Shown: piece after piece, positions 14,871 to 27,570 of the stretch
How the letters are laid out: the number at the start of each line of letters is the position of its first letter
How positions within the stretch are numbered: position 1 is the stretch's first letter
DNA from: Octopus vulgaris
Taxonomy: Eukaryota
NCBI GenBank assembly: GCA_951406725.2
Contig: OX597825.1
Span: 43,958,001-44,022,000, forward strand
Direction: 5' to 3'
DNA: 64,000 bases
The notes under the pieces: model-generated
The model's database searches: none
The model's input: only the letters and a program-made list of their open reading frames with translations
Told to the model about the DNA's origin: nothing
Position numbers and translations under genes: made by a program

Positions 14871-15069
14871 CCGTTAAGAGAGCCAACTGTCTTGCTTAAC
14901 TTCAGACAGGGATCGATCGTGTTATTTAAATGCTTCTTTCGTGTTGCTGCTGTCGCGGAAGGAAATATTTTTACTTCAGGTCAATTAACGGAACCTTTAC
15001 TATTTATCTGTTATTACCTTGGATTTATTTAGCTGTCTTACTCGAGGATTCAAATCGCAACAATTCTAG
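14870..15069 (+). other. Candidate non-coding first exon (start approximate)
   Basis: Consensus donor CTAG|GTAAGT at 15069/15070; unique CpG-retaining sequence; CpG depletion begins a few kb downstream. Confidence 0.4.
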
Positions 15070-16531
15070 GTAAGTATCTTGGTATTCTATCTGTATCTAT
15101 ATTTCTGTTTATCTGTTTTCAGTCTATTAATCAGTCTTAACTTTTTAGTGGCTAAGAGGATTCACCAGTTGGCTCCTCCCAAAAGATAGCTTATCCGAGG
15201 TTCATCTCGAAATGTGTTTTAACATGTTGGATATCGTAGACGGGTGGTGACAAACTTCAACATTTGGGTTCAAAATCTAAAGAATCTAATAGTATATTTT
15301 TTTCAGACTAAATTTATTGATAAATATTTTCATAACATTATATTGTCGAATTTTGAATAAAGACTTATCAGAGATAGAACTTATCGTTTTGCAGCTTGAA
15401 CATCAAGTGCAAGCTAAGTTAGTCTTGCTCTAACTTTAGAATACCGGCTATCATCACTGTATCAGTGGGAGGTAAACAACTGGTGATGATGTGCGGTTTA
15501 TTACAGTGAATCATCACAGTCGATGGACTGTTATATTCGCTGCAAAATGCCAGATTCACCCACTCATTCATAGTAGAGGCACGTGCTTCTGGAAATGGTC
15601 GGAAAAGGGACGATTTCGGATAGTCATTCTCGCAAAAGTGGACAGACAGAAATGGAAAAAGAAAGAACTCAAACGTAAATGTATTTAACTGCATGTCCCA
15701 GAAAAGTTTTCCGAGTGAAAGTACGTACATTCAAAGACGCACGTATTAATATGTTATAATGTATTGCAAATATATAAATGTTTCAGAAAGTAATGTGTGT
15801 GTGTAAATTAATGTTATCTTAATAATTGTAAACGTCACCATCGAAAACATATTTCTGTGATAGTTCATTGAAATAGGAATTTTTCAGAAAGGAAACGAAA
15901 TGGTTGAGAGAGGAACGAGTCTAGTTATGTATGTATGTAAAGAAAGAGAGTGAAAGAGCATATCATGCGTAAAAAGAAAATGGGCAAACAGAAATAATAC
16001 CCCGTGGTCAATGTCGTGTTTGAACAACAAAGGCAATTGGGGTTAAAATAAATAACATGAAATGCAAATTCTTGAATAAAGAGGAGGCCAATTACTTATT
16101 GGTAACTGATGCCAACTACAAAATAAACGAAATAATTTCGGAACTCAAGAATTCTCCTAAGTTTTTGGGAAAAGCAGTCTAATTGTGTGAAGAGAAGAGG
16201 ATAGCACTTGTTTCTATCTTAATGTGCGTCATCAGCACAGTAATTATCCTATATACGAATCATTTAGACATTGAGAAAAAGGAGTAAAACACTTATGGCC
16301 TAGGGAATTGGTAGAAATGAAAATAAAATGAACTAAAATGACTTAGATTGACTATTGGCATGTATCTGAACAACAAAGACGAATAGGGATATATTAAATA
16401 ATACACAAATTAGATTCTCAATTTATTGAAACATGTTTCCCATGAAGAGAAGATAGAACAATCGTTTGGTGGCAATTGATACTTTTTCTAAACGTGGTAG
16501 ATAATCTTAAAAATCAAGAATTCTCTAAAAT

Positions 16532-16925
16532 TCACATGGCTGGTGGCAAGAAGTTTGCGTCCCATCCACATGGTTCTGGGCCTAGTCCCACTGCATGGCA
16601 CTTTGGACGAACATCTACTATGACCCCATGGAGACCAAAGCATTTGTGAGTGGATTTGGTTGATGGAAACTGAAAGTCCGTCACACACAGACGCACGTAT
16701 GCATGTGTGTGAATCTTTGTGGTGAATTTGTCCCCAACCACCACTGACAATTTGTATCGGTTTCTTTGTGCCCGTAACTTGGTGGCTCGGAAATGAGATC
16801 GATAGTATAAGTGCCAGACTTTTGAAAAAATAAGTACAAGGATCAATTTGTTCGATCAAAACCTTTCAAAGCGGTACCCCGGCGTTGCTTTGCAGTCCAG
16901 AGACTGAAACAAGTAGAAGATTAAA
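16532..16925 (+). mobile_element. tRNA-derived SINE family B, full-length but diverged
   Basis: Head tggctggtggcaagaagtttgc...ggttctgggcctagtcccactg, body ttgtgagtggatttggttgatggaaactgaaa, tail gcagtccagagactgaaacaagta. Confidence 0.8.
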
Positions 16926-18171
16926 GATAGATCTATCTGTCTGTCTACTTAACTAACATGTATCGTTTAAAAGTCAGAGTCTCCATTGATCTTTTCGGGA
17001 AAAACTCCCACAGAGGCATATTGTCTCAGTAAACACAATATACTTCAGAGGTAGACAAAACGAAATTGTGCTGGAAGTGACGGGGAGAATGACAGATTTG
17101 CATTTCCTTGTTGTTTGCGCCTTGTCAATGCCACGAGGTGAAACAACTCACTAGTTACAAAGGGATAGTAGGCTGAATAAAATTCAAATTATGCAATAAT
17201 GCATGTATATGTGTGTGTATACATGTATATGCATACTCTTGCAAGCACACACACACATGCTGTCACAACTTTGTATATTAAAAACGAAAACAGATAGGTG
17301 AAGTTTCATAAGAGCTATCCCTAACTTGTGGGACACAGAATTGGGTACTGTTTTCCTTCATTTTCAATATAATTGTTTCATATAACAGAAATTGATTCCG
17401 TAAATGATTTTTCCTCCAGAATAATTTATTATTATTATGTATTCTGCCCCCTCCCAAACTGTTTAAATGCAAGTGTGTGTTATGTGCGTGTGCTCGTGTG
17501 TGTTCATAAAATGAATGTACGTAATATATTATGTACGAGGAAGCTAATAAGTTGTTGCGTGTATACACTCTCTCGTATGTTTGTAACATAATGTTAACAT
17601 GACATGGTTTGTAATGTGATGTAAACAAGAGATTTTGTATTGTGTTTCACGATGTTGTCCCTGGACACCTGATAATTAAAGATATACCAACCGTGACCGT
17701 CTTGTATTTTTGTATATTTAGTTCTCCTTTTATCTATGTTCCTTTTTTCTTTTTTTTTATGATGCTAGGTTGTGATAGAAGAGGTGTTCAGACATTCTCC
17801 TAGTAGGTTTAGTGACATTTCTAACTGTGTCCATTCCATCCTTTAACAACTAACACTGAAGCTTAGCCCTAATCACAGCCTTAAGCCCCAACCACAACCC
17901 TTATCCATCTAACCGTCTCTCATAACACTCATCCTACACCCTAATCATAAACCCTAACAATAAACCATAAACCAGACAGACCCCTTACAAATTGCATGTA
18001 TCATCAAATGATAATGTGAGCTCAGTGTTGTTCATTACTAAACAGAGTGTAATGTCTTTGTACCAGCCTTAATCTTCCTCAATTCATGTCGCAAAACAGG
18101 AGAAAGAAAAAAGTTCAACAAAAAATATAGTCCCGATACCCCTAAACTGACGGAATGGTCATGGCCGAAAT

Positions 18172-18590
18172 GGGATCTTTTCGGTTTGAACGGCAGTTTT
18201 TAACATAATTTCTTGGAAACTAAAAAATTTTAAACTTCGTATACTGGTAGAATGTGTTTATAAAACATCTTTTTCTCTTGGCTTTATTGAGAAAATTCTA
18301 TAGTTTGTAAGATATTTGTTGTTGTTTTTCTGCAATTTCAATCAATCAGTGACGTCTATTGAGTTAAAAAGCATTCTGTGCCGTATGAATATGTCCTTCG
18401 TTTAAGAAACAGATTGGGTTTATTTACATTTGTGAAGAAAAAAAGATACCCTTCCCCCACCCCTAACCCTAACTAACACTAACTCTAAAAGAGATTGAAA
18501 TGCAATAGATCGATTCTAGGGTCATAATTATGGGTGACAATTTCATATGGCACCGCAAGAAAAAGCGGCCGTTCAAACTGAAAAGATCCC
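18172..18590. mobile_element. MITE with 23-bp TIRs and 6-bp TSD
   Basis: TIRs gggatcttttcggtttgaacggc / gccgttcaaactgaaaagatccc (1 mismatch); flanks cgaaat / tgaaat; interrupts a copy of the (AAC)n-tail repeat. Confidence 0.9.
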
Positions 18591-19794
18591 TGAAATGTCT
18601 TTTGATAATATTTATGCACAATCTTGTCTGGCCTAGGGCTAAAAACAAAAAACTAAGGAAATCGCCATCCAGTTGTTTGACCTGTAAGAAATAGTAGTCA
18701 CATCTAATCACACTGGAACAAATGGTGAATGCTGAAATGTTTTGGATCTATGAAATAGAGGTAACAAAGGAAAATTATGTTAGGGTTTAGGTCATCTCTT
18801 TCACTTTTGTTTATCAGTATCTGTGTCCGAAATTTAAGGTCCATAACAGATGCAATCAATATAAAACCTTAAGTACCGTATCCGTCATTCTAATTTTATT
18901 TACAAAGACCTCAGTCGATCTGAAACTTGTCTGGGGGGTTAGAAATACTTGCTTTACACAGAAGTATAGCATATGCATCTGTGATGTTTATAGTGCATGT
19001 TGGTTGATTCTGCTCGCACACTGACACACACCACAATATTTTCAAAATTTCAAGTTTCATTTTGTGATGTGTGTCAGTATGTATGTGTGCTAGCCTACCA
19101 TTTTTATCTCCTTCTAAATTCCGATGTAATATATCATCTAAAAGGTATTTATAAAAAATTTCATTAAAAAAATATCTATTTTTCAGAAAGTCATCAGAAA
19201 ACAGTCAACGAGTGAATTTTCCAAACTCTTTACCGTACTCTCGGAAAAACTTTTTCACTACAAATTCTGGTCTAATTGGAATCTACACCATCTGAAGCAT
19301 ATTTGTAGAAAATTTCATTAAAAATATCCATGTTTCTGAAAGTTATGAGGAAACAGTGTTAGTGAGGGTGTGTGTGTGTGTATGTATGTATGTATGTATA
19401 TACACACACGTCAGAAAAACACATACACTGTTTATTGAACACTTCATATGTAAATAATGAACATACATAGCTGCCTTTCAGTGTGTGTATTTGTCTGTTT
19501 ACATATGCATGTTTTTGTTGGCTGAAATCAAACACTGAAAAATATTCATAATACCATTTGCATTTAACAATAAAAGAAAAGTAGTGGCGACTAGAAGATA
19601 TATGGATATAGCGCCATACAACTTGAGAGTTTCGTAAATATTCATATCTTACCCATAACTCGATTTTGTTTAATGTTAAGTTACTTTTGTTTTGTATCAT
19701 AACTGACGGATAATTTGAAAACGAACAAGTACAGAAAGATTACCATATCTGCCTGCCTGCCTCTCTTATTAGTAGTAGCAGTATTAATATTAGT

Positions 19795-20680
19795 AAGGCG
19801 CGTTAGCGCACTGCACGAAATGCTTAGCTGTATTTCGCCCATTGCAACGTTCTGGGTTCAAATTCTGCCAAGGTTGACTTTGGGATCGATAAATTAAGAA
19901 TCAGTTGTGTACTAGGGTTGATCTAATCGACTGGCCTGCTTCCCCAAAATTTAGGTCTTGTACCTATAGTATTATTATATTATAAAGATTATTATTATTA
20001 TTATTATTAAAGCGAGCTGAAAGACTCATTGGCATGCTGGAAGAAATGCTTAGCAATATTTTGCATGTCGCTATGTTCAGAGTTCAAATTCTGCCGTGGT
20101 TGACTTTGCCTTTCATCCTTTCAGAGTCGATAAATTAAGTACCAGTGAAACACTGGGGTCGATGTAATCGACTGGTCCTCTCCTTCACAATTTCAGGCCT
20201 TGTGCTTATAGTAGAAAGGATATTATTATTATTAAGGCAGCAAGCTCGCAGAATCGTTAGCATGCCAGGCGAAATGCTTAGCGGCATTCTGTCCACCCTC
20301 ACATTCTGAGTTCAAATTCCGCTGAGGTTGACTTTGCCTTTCATCCTTTCAGAGTCAATAAGAAGAGTACCAGCTGAACACTAGGGTCAATGTAATTGAC
20401 TCTCCCCCCCCCCCTCTTCCCCAAACTTGATGGCCTTGTGCCAAAATTTGAAATCATTATTATTATAGAGCTGGCAGAATTGTTAGCATGCTGGGTGAAA
20501 AGCTTAGCAGTATATCGTCTGCTGCTACATTCTCAGTTCAAATTCCACCAAGGTTAACTTTGCTTTCATCCTTTTGGGGTTGATAAATTAAGAACCAGTT
20601 AAGTACTGGGTCGATGTAATTGACTATCCACCTCTCCGCAAATTCCAGGCCTTGTGCATATAGTAGAAAGGATTATTATT
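19795..20680 (+). mobile_element. Four head-to-tail copies of tRNA-derived SINE family A (Meta-domain-like core)
   Basis: Units ~19795, 20008, 20233, 20467, each with gttagca..gaaatgcttagc, B box-like gttcaaat, and (except copy 1, which has a deletion) gcctttcatcctttc..ggtcgataaattaagtaccag; (TTA)n tails. Confidence 0.9.
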
Positions 20681-20681
20681 G

Positions 20682-20790
20682 TCTATATATATAAAGTTGA
20701 GAATGTCTGTCTGTTTGTGTGCCTCACTGAAACTCGAAAACTACCCAAAGTTTATTCAAATTTACGCATGCCTTACCTACTTTGAAACAT
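20682..20790 (+). mobile_element. Helitron-like 5' fragment
   Basis: TC start, similar to the 4276-4598 reverse-strand copy. Confidence 0.5.
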
Positions 20791-21005
20791 GTGTAGAAAA
20801 TAATAAAAGGAATTCTGTAGAATCTTCGTTTAGCTCCATTTCTTCCCTTCACTAAATATATTAAACTTCAATTATGCGCGCTAAGGCACGGTTGCGACAC
20901 CCCAAGGTCGTAACTTCAACCGTGTTTTTTCTGTTGTGATTTTTGCTACCCAGGTATCGGTTAAATTTTGAATAATCCTTAACTATATTATTCATTTATC
21001 CATTT

Positions 21006-21053
<48 letters not shown>

Positions 21054-21087
21054 TTTATGCATATGTATATATATAAATATGTATATA

Positions 21088-22250
21088 TAGAAGATAGTCT
21101 TTGTATGTGGCAGATGCTCAGGAGCAATAAACACTGAAAATGTGCACTTAACAACTTCTGCCACATTCCGGGGAGAAAAACTAGAAGTAGTTGGTAGCTT
21201 CCGTTACCTAGATGACCAAGTCAGTAGTGGGGGAGGGTGCTCTGAAAGTGTAGCTGCTAGAATAAATATAGCTTGGGCAAAGTTCAGAGAGCTCTTACCT
21301 CTGCTGATGACAAAGGGCCTCTCACTCAGAGTAAAAGGTAGACTAGACTGTATGACACATGTGTATGAACAGCCATGCTACATGGCAGTGAAACATGGGC
21401 CGTGACTGCTGAGGACATGTGTAAGCTCACAAAGAATGAAGCCAGTATGCTCCAATGGATGTGTAATGTCAGTGTGCATACTCAACAGTGTTAGTACCTT
21501 GAGAGAAAAGTTGGACCTAAGAAGCATCAGATGTGGTGTGCAAGAGAGACGACTGCACTGGTATGGTCATGTGGCAAGAATGGATGTGGATAGCTGTATC
21601 AAAATGTGCCACACCCTAGCAGTTGAGGGAACCTGCAGAAGAGGTAGACCCAGGAAGACCTGGGATTAGGTGGTGGAGCATGACCATCGAAAATTGGGCC
21701 TCACCAAGGCAATGACTAGTGACCTGGACCTTTGGAAATATAATGTGCTTGAGAGGACATGGCAAGCCAAATGAGACCATAACCATGTGGCCTATGCCAG
21801 GGGTGTAACCAGCCCACTTATGCGTACCTTCCCTTCATTGGACACTGCTTGAGAAGGCCTGTTGAGGCAAGTTATATCGAAATCAAAATTGTTACCAGAG
21901 CGGCTAATTGGCGTCCATGCTGGTGTCACGTAAAAAAGCACCATTCGAGCATGATTGTTACCAGCTTCGCCTTACTAGCACTTGTGCCGGTGTGCAGGTG
22001 GCACGTAAAAAAAACACCATTTGGGCATGGCTGTTGCCAGCACTGCCTGACTGGCCCTCATGCCAGTTGCACATAAAAGCACCCGCTACACTCTCAGAGT
22101 GATTGGTGAAAGGAAGGGCATCCAGCTGTAGAAACTCTGCCAGATCAAGATTGGAGCCTGGTGGAGCCATCTGGTTCATCGGTCCTCAGTCAAATCGTGC
22201 AACCCATGCTAGCTTGGAAAGCAGATGTCAAACGATGATGATGATGATGA
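21088..22250 (+). mobile_element. RTE family A, 3' portion (CpG-decayed, frameshifted)
   Basis: EKLEVVGSFRYL...AWAKFRELLPLL...RLHWYGHVARMD...RGRPRKTW; (GAT)n tail. Confidence 0.92.
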
Positions 22251-22321
22251 TATATTTGTATATATATGTATATGCATATATATGTGTGTATATATATCTG
22301 TGTGTGTGTATATATGTATAT

Positions 22322-22470
22322 GTCCCCGTAACTTAGCCGTTCGGCAAAAGAGACCGATAGAATAAGTACTGGGCTTACAAAAGAATAAGTCCTGGGGTCG
22401 ATTTGCTTGACTAAAGGCGGTGCTCCAGCATGGCCACAGTCAAATGACTGAAACAAGTAAAAGAGAAAGA
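22322..22470 (+). mobile_element. SINE family B, 3' half
   Basis: gtccccgtaacttagccgttcggcaaaagagaccgatag...ggcggtgctccagcatggccacagtcaaatgactgaaacaagtaaaagag. Confidence 0.88.
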
Positions 22471-22982
22471 GATATGTATATATATGTATATATATATATG
22501 AGACCTTCAGGCCATTTGACATTGGGGAAGTTGAAATCACCCATAAGAAATATGATCAAGTGGTGTTCCAGTTTCATGAAGATTTCCTTCAATCTTCAAA
22601 CTTGCCTATGTGGTTTGGAGCATCTCGTGGGCAATATGTATTGCATATGACTATATTATGTTGTCTTAAGTATACAGCTAGAGTGTCACATACTGAATTT
22701 GAGTATGACAGTTAGACCTGGGGTGTAAGGTCATCATGGATGTACACAGTAACTCCACCATGGCTCCTTTCCCTTCTGTCTGTTCGCAGTATAGTATATT
22801 TTGGTACATGTACTTCTGCATCCTCTATATCAGGGCAGATGTCAGGTTTCCACATGTGCTATGCATAGGGCTTGATTGTATGCAGCAAGGTCTCACAAGG
22901 AAGAAATTTTGCTTTTATTATAATGCAAACATAAAAATGGACATTTTGCTCTCCAGCATGCTAATGATTCTGCCAGCTTGAA

Positions 22983-23023
<41 letters not shown>

Positions 23024-23282
23024 TATATTTATACACACACATACACACATATATATATATATGTAAAACTATTGTGAAGACAGTGAGCTGATAGAATTGT
23101 TAGCATGTTGGGCAAAATGCTTGTCGGAATTTTGTCCGTCTTTGTTCTGAGTTCCTTCCAAGCACTGCTGTAAAAAATGGAAGTGAGCTAGAATGTCAAA
23201 ACTTTGTGCACATGCACAACAGAGTTCAAGGTCAATCTGTGCCAAGTGGCTTCATTCTGCATGCTTTAGCTTTGTTACTGTA

Positions 23283-23663
23283 GCAACAGTCCAGATACTT
23301 ATTGATCAGACCACGTACAGCAAGGATGACATTCCAAAGGCTGGAGCAGTTTGAATGGGAAATGATGCCCCACCCACCATATTTGCCTGACATTGCCCCA
23401 TCTGATTTTCATTTATTCCGCAGTCTTCAAAATCATTTGGATAGAAAATATATGACTTCTGTAGACAAGGTCAGAACAGTACTGGAAGAGTATTTTTCGT
23501 CACAGACAAGTGAATTTTGGAAGAGGGTCCTTGCTAGTCTACCAGATAGATGGAAGAGCATTGTAGAAAATGGAGATTTTAGATTAAGAAAAACAACTTT
23601 ATCTTAATTTTGAAAAATAAAAGAAGTATTAAAAAACTGCATTATTCATGGGATTACCCAATA
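23283..23663 (+). mobile_element. mariner transposase C-terminal fragment with right TIR
   Basis: RPRTA...HPPYLPDIAPSDFHLFRSLQNHL (YSPDLAPxD motif); TIR-like end ...gcattattcatgggattacccaaTA. Confidence 0.9.
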
Positions 23664-23982
23664 CATATGAATGTCTTTATCTGAGTTTATATGTGTCTGT
23701 GGACAAGTTTTTTTGCATCCCCCTACTTCATTTCCTACATATGCTTTTTTTTTATGGTAATGCTTTTCTATGAATATGTATAAATGTAAATGCTTTCCCA
23801 AACAAAATTGCACTTCATTTTTGAATCTCCGATAAAGCGATAGCATGATAAATAAACACTCAACTATGAGTGCATTGCATCTTATAGCCAAAACAGGTGT
23901 AAGCTAATACAGTTCATGACATAATTTCTTATTCCTTTGTCATTTTAATTTCTTATATGTTTATACATACATATATATATAC

Positions 23983-25082
23983 CATCATCATCATCATCAT
24001 CATCGTTTAATGTCTGCTTTCCATGCTAGCATGGGTTGAGCGGTTCAACTGGGGTCTGGGAAGCCAGAAGGCTGCACCAGGCCCAGTCTGATATGACAGT
24101 GTTTCTACAGCTGGATGCCCTTCCTAACGCCAACCAATCCATGAATTTAGTGGGTGCTTTTTACGTGTCACTGGCACAGGTGCCAAACGAGGCTGGCAAA
24201 CGGCCACGATCGGATGGTGCTTTTTACGTGCCACCAACACGGAAGCCACTCAGGGCGGAGCTGGCTATGGCCACGTTCGGATGGTTCTCTTACGTGCCAC
24301 CGGCACTGGTATCACAGCTACAAATTCCACTAATATTGATAGATTACGATTTTGATTTTGATTTTCACTTGCCTCAACAGGTCTTCACAAGTGGAGTTTT
24401 GTGTCCCAAGAAGGAAAGAAACGCATAAGTGGGCTGGCTACATGCCAGGTAGAGGCCACGGGATTATGGCCTCACCTGTCCTGCCGGGTCTTCTCACGCA
24501 CGGCATACTTCCAATGGTCTCAGTCTTTAGTCATTTCCTCAGTGAGACCTAAAGTTCGAAGGTCATGCTTCACCACCTCGTCCCAGGTTTTCCTGGGTCT
24601 ACCTCTTCCACAGGTTCCCTCAACCGCTAGGGTGTGGCACTTTTCCACACAACTATCTTCATCCATTCTCGCCACATGACCAGACCAGCACAAACGTCTC
24701 TCTTGCACACCACAACTGATGCTTCTTAGGTCCAACTTTTCACTCTGTCAAGTATGAACACTGACATTACACATCCATCGGAGCATACTGGCTTCATTTC
24801 TTGCGAGCTTACGCATATCCTCAGCAGTCATGGCCCATGTTTCACTGCCATGTAGCATGGCTGTTCGTACACATGCGTCATACAATCTGCCTTTTACACT
24901 GAGCAAGAGGCCTTTTGTCACCAGCAGAGGTAAGAGCTCTCTGAACTTTGCCCAGGCTATTCTTAATCTAGCAGTTACGCTTTCAGCACACCCATCCCCG
25001 CTACTGACTTGGTCACCTAGGTAACGGAAGCTATCAACTATTTCTAGTTTTTCTCCCTGTAATGTGGCAGAAGATGGTCTCT
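23983..25082 (-). mobile_element. RTE family A, 3' portion
   Basis: ORFs 24748..25110 and 24520..24735 (GRLYDACVRTAMLHGSETW; GRGRPRKTWDEVV); (ATC)n tail on +. Confidence 0.93.
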
Positions 25083-25899
25083 GCGTATACACACATACAC
25101 ACACACACAATACAGAAAGAGAGATATTTATAAAGGTGTGTGTAAATCTGGGTGAGGCCAGGGAGCAGAATGTGGTTTGGTAGAGGTTTTACTGTTAACT
25201 TTTTCTGTAAGTTTCAGTTTTGACTTCTTCAGTTATGCATATTTTTGAAGAATCATTATACCAGATGTTTAAAACAAGTCTGAAAAAGATTTTTCAGAGG
25301 GACTCAAAACTGAAAAGTTACTGAAACAAAAGGGTGGGCAAAAAAAATTCTCCAACTCCTTTGAATAACATCTCTCTATTGCAGACCTACAAATCTGAAG
25401 AAATTACAATATTTGGTGAACTAGATCATTTCTGACTCTATTGTTTAGGAATGACATATGTATGTATGTGTGTGTGTGTTCAGGCCTGTATGTTTCAGTG
25501 TCAGTTTGTCTGAAGAGTGTTTTTGTGAGATGATGTTTAGTCTCTTGTCAACAGTGTCAGCCCACTTTTTTCTTATAAAGTATCCTCCTTATTTAAGACT
25601 ATTCAATGTAATTTAAAAGAAATTTGGTTTTAATTTCTGGCAGGTAGTGCATGGAAAACCACAATGGGTACCCTTATGTTGATGATACAAGCCTTCATTC
25701 TTTTCTAACATTCCTCAAACAGATATTTTCTACATGTAACCACCTAGATCCCATATGTCAAACCTGCACTGATTTCATGATTGGTGACCTTGTGAATATC
25801 TAGTAGTGGTGCCAATGTTGTCTCTTTTAACAGCAGAAAATCTCAAGCTCTATCGTTTCTTGATATGATTGAGCTTGACTATCAAGAAAACACCATTGT

Positions 25900-26290
25900 A
25901 CTACTCCACTTGCTAAACATGAGTGAGACTTAGCAAGAGTTTTAATGGTTACTTCAAATGCTGGGTGTCACATAATCTCCCCTGGTAAAGGCATATCCTT
26001 ACCATAGCCTCATTTGCATCCCCAAAATTGGCCCACCTCTTCTGGGCTAGAAAATATTTCAACACCCAACAATTACTGATGCTCTACAATGCTCAAATGA
26101 AGCTTACTGTGGACTGTTTATTCTCTCAACTGATTAGCATTAAATTACCCGCAGATACTCTCAAATCTCTGGCACCCATGCATGCTGTCCCTTCTCTCTA
26201 TCTTTTCATTTACTATAAAGACCTCTGTTCCTCATAACTGTCTGTTCCTGTACCTCTTCCATTTAGGCATTCCTATCCATTTGTTTCTCT
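25900..26290 (+). pseudogene. Old CR1/L2-group LINE C-terminal relic (an inverted relic of similar type lies at ~26520-26900)
   Basis: LAHLFWARKYFNTQQLLMLYNAQMKLTVDC resembles the LYKAQIRPxLEYC motif; SLYLFIYYKDLCSS. Confidence 0.55.
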
Positions 26291-27179
26291 ACCTTTCAGA
26301 CCTAGTTAGTCATGTAATCATGCAGTCAGAGGAAGAATTTACTCTTAAGACTTTTCTCAAGAAAATTTTAGTATGCAAAAAGTAACTGAGCAAAATTTAG
26401 AATTTGCAGCAATTGGGGATCATCATATCCTTCTAAGTTTTGTCCTATATATATATATATATTTTTTTTTTGCCTTTTGAATTTAGTGGAAGAAGCAGTG
26501 TCTATGTCCTTTGCTGGTTTTTTATGACCGGTGAACATGACACATATCAACACATGAGCAGAGCAGACATTCTAGAGGCTGTTGTTCCAGAAATGAAGGA
26601 CTATACATATTGGTTAGTGTAGAATCGGTGAGTTGGATACAAGAGTGAGGAGAAGTAGAGACATGTGTGTTTGAAGTGCCAGTCTGAAGAAGGTACAGAC
26701 CCGCCAACTGCAAAGGAATTGAGGCCATTATTGCCACAATAAAAAAAGACAGACAAAAGAGACAGGCATAGCTATAAGCTAGAGGCTAGAGTCTGTAAGA
26801 ATTTAATGTTAGTTGAGTGGCTCTTCTTTGAATGCCATCCAGGATGCCTGTGTGTGTAGAAGCAATACAGCTTGAATAATGTTATTCTTGAAGCTTTTCA
26901 AGTGTGTTTTCTTCATATGCTCTTGTTGTAATGAAGATTATAGATAGTGATGCTGAGAATCTTTTGTCTGACATACTCATGAAAAATGTCCGGCTTTTTT
27001 GTAATTGTGGCTAGTTTCTTTAAGGATCAACTCAGAAAGTGCATCTATAGGTTGATTTGTTTATGATGGCTGTGTATCCTTACAGCTAAGTGAGTTAGAC
27101 TGTTTTCATCATGGCATCAGGTAAGACATTGAGAGAAAGGAGTATCACTAGTAAGCCTCTGCATCACTGAGCCAAAGAG

Positions 27180-27570
27180 AGATCCATGCCATAGAAACAC
27201 CTGTTCCAAAGAAAGCTAAGTTTGTTTCATCTGCAAGGAATGTGATGGCATTGTGTTTATTGACTATCTTCAAAAGGGTCACACCATCAATGAAGTGTAT
27301 TATGCCAACTTGCTGAGGCAGTTACAAAATGCTATCAAAACTGAACTCCCAGGAACACTGATGAAAGGGGTTCTTATTTCAAGAAGACAATGCTCCAGCA
27401 CACAACCCCTTGCTTTCAGTGGCTGCTGTGCATGACAGTGGCTTTGAACTGGTTGATCACCTTTCTCTTCGTTTGGCCCCATCTGACTATCATCTGTTCC
27501 CTCAATAATGAAAAAACATTTGGCTGGAAACCAGTATAATGGTGATGATGCCATCATGTCTGCTGTTGAG
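27180..27570 (+). mobile_element. mariner transposase relic
   Basis: PKKAKFVSSA...FIDYLQKGHTINEVYYANLLRQL...GVL...gacaatgctccagcacac (DNAPAH)...ttggccccatctgactatcatctgttc (LAPSDYHLF). Confidence 0.85.

Noticed and set aside
19795-20680. tRNA gene cluster
   Set aside because: A/B-box-like heads continue into a SINE body and (TTA)n tail; no cloverleaf
23302-23607. SETMAR-like host gene
   Set aside because: Only a mariner C-terminal fragment with TIR; no SET domain
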